In this document: positions 9,104 through 16,629 of the stretch, piece by piece
How positions within the stretch are numbered: the first letter of the stretch is position 1
Layout of the letters: each line of letters begins with the position of its first letter
Source of the DNA: Verrucomicrobiota bacterium
Lineage (GTDB): Bacteria > Verrucomicrobiota > Lentisphaeria > Lentisphaerales > Lentisphaeraceae
NCBI GenBank assembly: GCA_039798785.1
Contig: JBDKFG010000077.1
Location: 1 to 22,424, forward strand
Direction: 5' to 3'
DNA: 22,424 nucleotides
Position numbers and translations under genes: made by a program
Notes under the pieces: model-generated
What the model was told of the DNA's origin: nothing
Database searches by the model: none
Seen by the model: the letters and a program-made list of their open reading frames with translations, nothing else

Positions 9104-10126
9104 TTGAAAACTCTGATAGCATCCTTGGCGCTCTTCATCGCCAGCCCATCCTTCGCCGAGGAGGCCTCCCCGGCCGCCGCCGCACCGACTTTGAAAATCG
9201 GTTCGCCCGCCCCTGCGGTCAAGTTCGGCCCTTTCTTCAAGGGTGAGGAAGTCCGCACCCTCGATCCGGAGCGAAGCTACATCCTTGAATGCTGGGCCAC
9301 CTGGTGCGCTCCTTGCCTGTCAAGCATCCCTCACATGAGCGAGATCGCCCGGGCGACCGAAGGGAAGGTGACGGTCATCGGCGTCAACGTCTGCGACCGG
9401 CCAAGCCCCGCACGTATGGCGGAGCTTCTTCCTGCGATGGGCTACGCCGTCACCATCGACGCCGATGCCTGCATCTCGAAGAACTGGATGAGCGCTGCAG
9501 GAGAACGGGGCATCCCCCTCGCCTTCGTCGTGGTCAAGGGGCGGATCGCCTGGTTCGGTCCACCATCCCAGCTCGATGGCGACATCGTTGTCGCGCTGGT
9601 GGCAGGGAGGATCAGCGGAACTGAAATCAGACGAGCCCGGGAAATCGAGCTCAAGGTACAAGTCGGCAAGCTGGCCGAGGCCGCGACGATGATGGAGGAG
9701 TTGCTCAAGGTCAATCGGGAAGCCGCTCCTCTCGTGAAAAAGTCGAAGGCACTGCTCGACTTCAAGAAGCTGGCCTTGGTGGATTCGCGAGCCGCTGTCG
9801 AGCAGCTCCTCGCCGTCAAAAACAGCCGCGAATTCTTTGATCGCGGCCTCTATCTCGCCAGCAATTCCAAGATCCAGCTCGCCGCCGACGACTTTCTCAA
9901 GCTCGATGCAGCCACCGCCGAAAAGATTGAAATAGCCTCGATTGACCCGCACGACAAATTCTGGCTCGTCCTTCTCCGCGGCAAGTTGCGGGCGGCGCAA
10001 GGCGATTTCTCCGGGGCTGCGGATTTCCTCCAGACCGCGAAGGCGAAACTCGAGCCGATTTACGCTCAGAGACTGAATGAACACATCGCCAAGTTCCGCA
10101 CCAGAGCCGAAAAAAGCCCGCCTTGA
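9104..10126 (+). CDS. Exported TlpA-family thiol:disulfide oxidoreductase, paralogue of 3753-4811
   Basis: TTG start, signal peptide, YILECWATWCAPC, GIP loop; collinear similarity to the first TlpA. Confidence 0.88.
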   Translation: MKTLIASLALFIASPSFAEEASPAAAAPTLKIGSPAPAVKFGPFFKGEEVRTLDPERSYILECWATWCAPCLSSIPHMSEIARATEGKVTVIGVNVCDRPSPARMAELLPAMGYAVTIDADACISKNWMSAAGERGIPLAFVVVKGRIAWFGPPSQLDGDIVVALVAGRISGTEIRRAREIELKVQVGKLAEAATMMEELLKVNREAAPLVKKSKALLDFKKLALVDSRAAVEQLLAVKNSREFFDRGLYLASNSKIQLAADDFLKLDAATAEKIEIASIDPHDKFWLVLLRGKLRAAQGDFSGAADFLQTAKAKLEPIYAQRLNEHIAKFRTRAEKSPP

Positions 10127-10440
10127 TCGGTGCCTGGTCTTTTTACGGACACTATGCGCAAGAAAGATCCCTAAGAAGCTCCGTGGCTTAAGCGCCTGAT
10201 GTTCGCCGCATAGAATTTCAGCGGCCAACCCAAAAAATGCAAAGGAAAACACCATGTTGATGAAACCGGAACCCACTGAATCGAACCTAGATTTTCGCCC
10301 AATTACCACATGCCTTGTAGGTCACCTTTCGAAGTAAAATATAGGGGATACTCCAAAGCCCGGATAACAGCTGAGCACACCAAATGGTTTTGCGATCATT
10401 TCCATGAAGACTAACAACCACAAAAAAGGAGACAATTTAC

Positions 10441-13400
10441 ATGATTATACCGAATCAAGAATTGCATGCACAAGCCATGAAAGATTTTCCTCAAGACGAA
10501 ATAGATAAGATTCTAGAATTAATAGAGATTGCAAAGACGAATAACTACACATCTTTCATATTTGATGGAATAACGATGACTGCAACTAAAACCGATATTC
10601 CAATGGCTGACATGTTTAATAGCGATCAATATCTCTGTGGAGGAGTCAGGGTAGCTGGGGAATTTGAGCAGGTGACAAACGTGCCTCCAATAATCAGCGA
10701 TCAATACATCGATGACATCTACAACGGGACTTCGAGAGATTTCCAGTCTGATCTGATACCTTGGCTGTCTGAGCGAGCTAACCGGGCTAACACTGAACTC
10801 AATCTCATTCAAAACAAGGGCTTCCGATTCACTTTAAAAAGCACCGGAGAGGAAATTCTGCAGCTTGAATCTGAAGATCTGACCCGGGGCCGGGCCTTCA
10901 TGAACGTAGGTCGAGACAGAGGGAGCTTCGACGCGGAAGCTGGAGGCGATCACTTTGTACATGGCACTCACGGGCAAGACAGGATCGCGGGTGGCGACGG
11001 AGACGACTGGCTCGATGGCAACGGTGGCGAGGACACTATTATCGGCGGCCAGGGCAACGACTATATCCTGGTCGACTCTTCGGTCCTCAGCATTGATGGC
11101 GGCGAGGGTGAGGACACGCTGGTTCTCAGTGAATGCGAGAAAATGCAGTGGATATGCATACTCCGGATGCCAGGCGCCGAATGGGGCCCAATCGATCAAG
11201 AAAACTGGGATCTCAGCCACATGGAAGTGCTCCAGGGAATCGAGACCATCTCGCTGACACACTCCTACATGGATGGGTTTAACGACCCCGACATTAGATT
11301 GACTCTCACGGCGGAGCAAATCATCAAGAACCATGAGCCCTTGAAGTTCCTCGGAGGAGCGTTCGATACTTTGGTGATTACAGGAAGAGAATTGACCTTG
11401 CTCGGTAAGGACTCCGAAGGCTTTTCGACTTGGTCGGTAAGCTGGAACGATGCGGATGCCGTCATTCGGGTCGACAGTGACATCCAAGTGACCAACGATC
11501 CTCATCTGGCGCCTCCTCATAGGGGCGTGAAACTCCCATTAAAAGAAACTCAGGATGAAATTATGAAACTCGATTCAGAGGATGGCGATCGTTTTGTCAA
11601 TGGCACCCAGGATCAAGAGCAGATCGATGGCGGTGACGGAAATGACCGCCTCGACGGCAAGGGGGGCGAGGACGCCATCTTCGGAGGCAAAGGTGACGAC
11701 CTCATCCTCGTCGACTCCGCGGTCCGCAGCGTCGATGGCGGCGAGGGCGATGACACCTTGCTCTTGAGTGATTGCGATAAAATGTCGATGACCAGGTGTC
11801 CTCTATCAAGCGAAAGACAAGTCATAGTGCGAGAAGTATGGGACCTAAGCAAGATGGAAGCACTTCAAGGCATCGAGAACATCGTACTGTCACAATCTCT
11901 CGGATCGTTTGACGACTCCGCTCTCAAGCTGATGCTGAGCGCCGAGCAAATCATCAAAAACAACGAGTCGCTGAGGATCATCGGAGACTCTGGCGACGCC
12001 TTGGTGATCGAAGGCGGCCAGCTGCAATGGCTGTGGCTTGATTCGGCAGGCTTTTCCCAATGGAACTTGAGCTGGAATGGCAGGGAAAGGATCATCCTTG
12101 TCGACAGTGACATCCAAGTCGAAGGAGTGCAGCAACCAAGTCCCGGCACAACCGCTCCGATTGTGCCGCCCGATGTCCAAACACCTCCCGTCGCCACAGA
12201 GACTCCGGCTTCGACTCTTGATTCGCAACTTCGGAACTGGTTCATCGAGAAGCCGGGCAGGGCCGAAGAGGATCTCAAGATCAAACACAGCAAGGGCTCC
12301 AGCTTCATCTCGAAAAACGCTGGAGAGGAAGACAAGGATGTGACGTCGGAGGATCTCATGCAAGGACGCGTTGAATGGCATTCAAGTTCCGATTCAAGCC
12401 GATTCAGCATCCTTTGCGGCGACGATCGATATGTCTTGGGCAACCGCGGGGCGGATAAGATCCTGGGCGGCAAAGGCGACGACTGGCTCGACGGCAGGGG
12501 AGGCAAGGACATCATCATCGGCGGCAAAGGCGACGACACGATCCTGGCCGACTTCTCGGTCTTGCGCGTCGATGGCGGCGAGGGCAAGGACACCCTGCTA
12601 CTCACTGACTGCGACCAGTCGCTTCCGCGAATCCAGTTGATGTCGGAAGCCTCCACTCAGCAAAGAGTCTGCGATCTCAGCAAAACAATTCTTAGAGGTA
12701 TCGAAAACATCTTGTTGACGGACGCCCAGGGGCTTAACAGCTCCGCCATCAAACTGACGTTCACCGCTGAGCAAATCATCAAGAACAAGGAGACTCTGAA
12801 GATCGATGGAAACGGCCACTACGGATTGGTCATCGAAGGTGGGGATTTGAAGCTCTTAGGGGACGACGTGGATGGCTATTCCAGATGGCTGTTGAGCTGG
12901 AATGGCAAGGAATCCCTCCTTCTGGTCGACAGTGACATCCATGTCGAGGAGCGGCTTCCTCAGAATTCCGAGGCGCAGCGGCAGGCGTGGCTCGCTGAAA
13001 AAACGAATGGGATCGATACCGAGCTCAAGATTCACCGCAGCGGCGGTCGCTTCATCTCGGCAAGCACAGGTACAGAGGTCAAGCATGTGACCTCAGAAGA
13101 TTTGATTCATGGCAAGGTCTATTGGGCGACGAATACGGTTTACGGCCACTTCAGCATGCGTTGCGGCGAGGATCGCTATGTCATGGGCAAGTATGGAGCC
13201 GAGAAGATCTATGGCGGCAAGGGCGACGACTGGCTCGACGGCAGGGGGGGCAAGGACATCATCATCGCCGGCAAGGGCGATGACCACATCCTCGTCGATT
13301 CCTCGGTCCGCAGCATCCAGGGCGGGGAGGGTAATGACACCCTGCTTTTGAGTCCGGCAAGGGTCACCAGACTGGATCTCAGTCCTATGAAGCTTCCCAA

Positions 13401-13677
13401 TGGACTGGATCTCAGCCATATGAAGCTTCTCAAAGGAATCGAGAACATCGATTTGGACTCAGGAAAAATCGTGGCCACGCTGCATCTCACCGCGAAGCAA
13501 ATTCTTAGGAACAGCGAGTCTCTGACGATCTTCGGAGACAGGGACGACACATTGGTGATCGAAGGCGAGCACTTCCAAGTTCAGGGTGCCGACTCAGATG
13601 GCTTTTCCAGCTGGCAGGTGAGCTGGAAGGGCCACGAAGCCCTCATCCGGGTCGACAGCGACATCCAGGTGGTTTAA
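10441..13677 (+). CDS. RTX/hemolysin-type Ca2+-binding repeat protein with four tandem modules (probable type I secretion substrate)
   Basis: AAAGGAG SD; no signal peptide; four blocks of GGxGxDxL nonapeptides, each followed by GIE(N/T)I...LTAEQIIKN...W.VSW...VDSDIQV. Confidence 0.85.
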   Translation: MIIPNQELHAQAMKDFPQDEIDKILELIEIAKTNNYTSFIFDGITMTATKTDIPMADMFNSDQYLCGGVRVAGEFEQVTNVPPIISDQYIDDIYNGTSRDFQSDLIPWLSERANRANTELNLIQNKGFRFTLKSTGEEILQLESEDLTRGRAFMNVGRDRGSFDAEAGGDHFVHGTHGQDRIAGGDGDDWLDGNGGEDTIIGGQGNDYILVDSSVLSIDGGEGEDTLVLSECEKMQWICILRMPGAEWGPIDQENWDLSHMEVLQGIETISLTHSYMDGFNDPDIRLTLTAEQIIKNHEPLKFLGGAFDTLVITGRELTLLGKDSEGFSTWSVSWNDADAVIRVDSDIQVTNDPHLAPPHRGVKLPLKETQDEIMKLDSEDGDRFVNGTQDQEQIDGGDGNDRLDGKGGEDAIFGGKGDDLILVDSAVRSVDGGEGDDTLLLSDCDKMSMTRCPLSSERQVIVREVWDLSKMEALQGIENIVLSQSLGSFDDSALKLMLSAEQIIKNNESLRIIGDSGDALVIEGGQLQWLWLDSAGFSQWNLSWNGRERIILVDSDIQVEGVQQPSPGTTAPIVPPDVQTPPVATETPASTLDSQLRNWFIEKPGRAEEDLKIKHSKGSSFISKNAGEEDKDVTSEDLMQGRVEWHSSSDSSRFSILCGDDRYVLGNRGADKILGGKGDDWLDGRGGKDIIIGGKGDDTILADFSVLRVDGGEGKDTLLLTDCDQSLPRIQLMSEASTQQRVCDLSKTILRGIENILLTDAQGLNSSAIKLTFTAEQIIKNKETLKIDGNGHYGLVIEGGDLKLLGDDVDGYSRWLLSWNGKESLLLVDSDIHVEERLPQNSEAQRQAWLAEKTNGIDTELKIHRSGGRFISASTGTEVKHVTSEDLIHGKVYWATNTVYGHFSMRCGEDRYVMGKYGAEKIYGGKGDDWLDGRGGKDIIIAGKGDDHILVDSSVRSIQGGEGNDTLLLSPARVTRLDLSPMKLPNGLDLSHMKLLKGIENIDLDSGKIVATLHLTAKQILRNSESLTIFGDRDDTLVIEGEHFQVQGADSDGFSSWQVSWKGHEALIRVDSDIQVV

Positions 13678-13692
13678 ACCCTCTTTGGATCT

Positions 13693-13729
13693 CCATCGCC
13701 GCCTCTCGAAAATGAGGGGCGGCGGATGG
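13693..13729 (+). terminator. GC-rich hairpin just after the RTX gene
   Basis: CGCCGCCTCTC/GAGGGGCGGCG stem (one G-U pair) extended by CCAT/ATGG; no U-tract. Confidence 0.4.
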
Positions 13730-14063
13730 GCCTCCTGCAGTCAATTTTCCTGCGCGATGTGATGCCCTCCATCCATTTTGGAGTTTCAATCAACAGGCTG
13801 GGATCCATCAGGATCTGACTGGCCTCAAAGGAGGCGAATATGCTTACAAACGCCTGCTTGAAGCGGAACTGGTCATTCTTCTCGAACTGCTGCATTCACG
13901 CCCGGAACTGTTGCGCCAAAGCTGCCTCCAGGAAGGCGAAGGGCACCCCGAACTAGGCCAAAGGTGACAGGCATCTTCAGCTGTCGCAAGACTTCTCGAG
14001 GGCGTGCCGCTCACTTCCTGAAGCCATCTCGAGCAGGGGCTTCACAACTTGTCGGGCACTTGC

Positions 14064-14100
14064 AAAGGAAAGCCCCCGCCGGTGTGGAACGGCGGGGGCT
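14064..14100 (-). terminator. Intrinsic terminator, probably the native terminator of the tmRNA locus
   Basis: Perfect 11-bp stem AGCCCCCGCCG (14071-14081)/CGGCGGGGGCT (14090-14100), 8-nt loop, followed on the minus strand by TTCCTTT. Confidence 0.75.
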
Positions 14101-14102
14101 GA

Positions 14103-14118
14103 GTGGAGGCGGGGGGAA
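14103..14118 (-). other. Prophage att core: displaced 3' end of tmRNA (ssrA)
   Basis: Minus strand TT-CCCCC-CGCCTCC-A-C = end of T-loop, 3' T-stem, tmRNA-type acceptor strand CGCCTCC and discriminator A. The upstream sequence lacks GTTCRA, so this is a fragment and not a gene. Confidence 0.78.
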
Positions 14119-14300
14119 GCTCAACCCATGATTTATTACACCTTGAAAACCAATTACTAATGATCCACGCAGCGCGTTTGTACTACGCATTCTACTCCGC
14201 AGATTACCCAGAGTCGGAGTTGGGCGCACACAAGGATCCACAGAGGCTTTTGTCCCGATGCAGTGCGTTCGATGCGATTTTGAAAACAGAATGGAGACGG

Positions 14301-14582
14301 CCTAAATCACCTAAAAGTCAAAATTCCTGATTTTAAGCCCTTTGATTTTCAACGGCTTACGATTTAGGTCTAGAATCTAAATTTTCCTAACCCAAATCTA
14401 ATAGCACTGACAATCAATAACTTACACCCGCACTTTTTTAGGACCCTCCAAGAAACACCATCTGCCAATGCCCCTAAATTTTTAGGAGCTTTTAGACCCG
14501 GTTTAGATTTCCAAAAATGGATTAAAGCAACTATAGGACAATGATTTATGATTGATATATTTTATGATTTAGGGAATTTAGG
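14301..14582. repeat. AT-rich array of YCTAAA/TTTAGR hexamers (iteron-like)
   Basis: Exact copies at 14301, 14310, 14363, 14376, 14437, 14473, 14481, 14491, 14502, 14568 and 14577; near-copies at 14386 and 14397. Confidence 0.75.
14412..14424 (+). promoter_or_regulatory. IHF-binding consensus site
   Basis: AATCAATAACTTA matches WATCAANNNNTTR exactly; a one-mismatch site TTTCAACGGCTTA lies at 14347-14359. Confidence 0.55.
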
Positions 14583-14722
14583 TGAATTTTGATGCGTCTC
14601 GGAATTTGCAGAGGACAGGGCGCCCCCAATGCGTGAGCGTGTGCGCATGACCTTATATATCAATGCTATCCACCAATATTGATGATCACCGGCAAGCCCC
14701 TCGATTCCGGCCCTCGGGTCAA

Positions 14723-15031
14723 TAGCCGTCGATCGGCGGCTTTCCTGTTGTCTCCCCCTGCTGCACCGGCCCTGGGATCCCGGTGGCCGGCCGCTGCACA
14801 GACTGCAAAAACCGGCACTCTGTGAAGTCCAGGCCCGCTTGCAGCCAGCACGCCGGCGACTTCACAAAAGATCGACCCGCGAAAAAAGGAGGAGGGAGGG
14901 ATAGCGGATTTTCAGGGCCGTCGCGGCTCCCTGGTAGAGGCGGCCGAGTTAGCCGCCGATTGACGGCTATTTAGGTCTTGCTTGGGTTTTCTTTCGGTCG
15001 GGGTCTCCGATTAGCCGTCAATCGGCGGCTA
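14723..15031. repeat. Three copies of a 20-bp quasi-palindrome around a candidate cos site
   Basis: 14950-14969 TAGCCGCCGATTGACGGCTA and 15012-15031 TAGCCGTCAATCGGCGGCTA are perfect inverted repeats; 14723-14742 matches the latter at 18/20. Confidence 0.8.
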
Positions 15032-15123
15032 TTTTGGCCCGCTTCCCTTGAAATAAAACCCGCGCTTCATAGTCAACGGAGCCAGCTTCAACTGACCCAA
15101 TTCAAAGCCCCCCGGTTTCTCTT

Positions 15124-15537
15124 TCAGTTCTTGAATCCCGCCGGCGGGTCGCACTGCCGCGTGATCCATTCCGCCAGGGTGCATCCTGCTTCCTGCGCGG
15201 CCCGGACGTAAGCGGTTTTGCGAGATGGTTCGACGCGCATCTGGATTTGTGCCGTCTTGCCATCGTCGATGGCCGGCAGTGGCCCCGGTTGGTTTGCGTC
15301 TGGCATCATTCCCATCAGGCGCTCGAGTTCATCTAGGTACTCCCCCAATCCCCTCTCATATTTGACCTGTCCCATGCTGTTGATCAAAACGGCAATTGAG
15401 GCGATGGCTCTAGTTACCCTTTTGGGGGCGATAGGGGAGTTGATTGCGATGGCCTGAAGGGCTTGGTTGATCTCGTTGATATTGGCGCCCTCGATGGTAA
15501 GGCCGCGTTTCAGGGCTGATGCGATTCGTTGTTTCAT
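15124..15537 (-). CDS. Hypothetical protein with C-terminal ribbon-helix-helix-like DNA-binding domain
   Basis: C-terminus KTAQIQMRVEPSRKTAYVRAAQEAGCTLAEWITRQCD has the RHH strand-helix-G-helix pattern; ATGA overlap with the upstream gene. Confidence 0.7.
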   Translation of the reverse strand: MKQRIASALKRGLTIEGANINEINQALQAIAINSPIAPKRVTRAIASIAVLINSMGQVKYERGLGEYLDELERLMGMMPDANQPGPLPAIDDGKTAQIQMRVEPSRKTAYVRAAQEAGCTLAEWITRQCDPPAGFKN

Positions 15538-15803
15538 TTTTGCTCCAGGGCGACGAGTTGTGAGAGGGTGAGAATGCCTCCATCAGTATTTCGGTGGCTG
15601 TCAATCATGTCGGCTAGTCGGCCACGAATGTCAGCGGGCTTGTGGCCTCCGCCTCTGACGCATACGAGGCGTTCTCCGGGCTGTTTGCCATGTCTCGATT
15701 GAATGATGAGTTTGCCGCTGCGATCCAGGTACATGGCCGGATCGTGAATATTGGTGGCGGTGGCGAGTTCTTTGATGGCTTTGCGAATGGCGTAGGTAGT
15801 CAT
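15534..15803 (-). CDS. Small basic hypothetical protein (89 aa), first gene of moron
   Basis: AGGAG SD upstream of ATG 15803; consensus promoter upstream; coupled to the next gene. Confidence 0.7.
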   Translation of the reverse strand: MTTYAIRKAIKELATATNIHDPAMYLDRSGKLIIQSRHGKQPGERLVCVRGGGHKPADIRGRLADMIDSHRNTDGGILTLSQLVALEQK

Positions 15804-15870
15804 GGTCAATCTCCTGTAGCTCCCCCGAGAACCGCCCGGACGGATCAGCGGCTCAACCGCTCATGCCACC

Positions 15871-15899
15871 AGTGTACACTCGTCCCCCCATCTTGTCAA
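15871..15899 (-). promoter_or_regulatory. Sigma70-type promoter TTGACA-N17-TACACT
   Basis: Minus strand: TTGACA (15899-15894), 17-nt spacer, TACACT (15876-15871); the -10 lies within the perfect palindrome AGTGTACACT. Confidence 0.8.
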
Positions 15900-15927
15900 T
15901 ACATGATTTTTGAGTTTCTGGAGATAT

Positions 15928-16629
15928 CTACATCTTCACCCCATCCAATCTCGCCTTCACCGCCGTGATCGCCGTCGCCTGCCCGCTTACCTGCGTCCCC
16001 TGGCTCGAGGTCATCGCCGCGACGCTCGGGTGCGTGTGGGTGCTCAGCACGTTCAGCGCCGTGATCGTCGCCGCCATGAATTCGGAGACCAGGCCCAGCA
16101 CGTTCTCCGCCTCGCTGCCGACCCAGACCTTGGGCGCCTTGGCCTGGAAGTCGGCGGCCGCCTGGAGCACCTGGTGCAGGCACTGGTCGGCAATCGTCCC
16201 AGGGCTGACCCGTTTCCAGTCGCCGGCCTCGCTCGCCTCCTGGTAGCACTCGGCCGAGTGCTGCCAGCGCATCGATGTGGATCCCGTCGGCGTCAGCTCG
16301 AGGCCGTAGGGCAGCACCGAACGGACGAAAGGCAACGTCTGCAGGCCGTAGGCCCAGGCCACCTCGACGATGGTGCCCGGCCGCGGCAGGCCGGAGAATC
16401 CCCGCACCTGGCCGGCGCCGGGGAGCGCCACCGGCACCTCCTTGAGCTCCGGCATGGTGGGATCCACGGTCAGGTCAGCCCGCAGCAGGCGCAGGTTGAC
16501 CGCATACTTCGGCCGCTCCTGCAGGCACTGGCCTCCTTGCGCCGGCGGATCCGGAATCGCCGTGACCACCGCGAAGGTGGGCAGCTGCATCCCCGCTTTC
16601 TGCTCCAGGTCGCTCAGATCATCTGCCAT
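15928..16629 (-). CDS. Baseplate spike (gpV-like) protein, 233 aa
   Basis: GGAGGAG SD before ATG 16629; OB-fold-like RPKYAVNLRLL...PRPGTIVEVAWAYG..PFVR; C-terminal HTH (HxH) metal-binding tip motif. Confidence 0.78.
   Translation of the reverse strand: MADDLSDLEQKAGMQLPTFAVVTAIPDPPAQGGQCLQERPKYAVNLRLLRADLTVDPTMPELKEVPVALPGAGQVRGFSGLPRPGTIVEVAWAYGLQTLPFVRSVLPYGLELTPTGSTSMRWQHSAECYQEASEAGDWKRVSPGTIADQCLHQVLQAAADFQAKAPKVWVGSEAENVLGLVSEFMAATITALNVLSTHTHPSVAAMTSSQGTQVSGQATAITAVKARLDGVKM

Noticed and set aside
14103..14330. 75-aa ORF starting in the att core
   Set aside because: No SD or motif; it overlaps the att arm repeats and is likely incidental.
14103..14470. Complete tmRNA or tRNA gene
   Set aside because: Only the last ~16 nt match; there is no GTTCRA T-loop and no pairing 5' acceptor strand at a suitable distance.
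14301..15031. CRISPR array
   Set aside because: Repeats are 6-mers or three irregularly spaced 20-mers in mixed orientation; no repeat-spacer periodicity and no cas genes.
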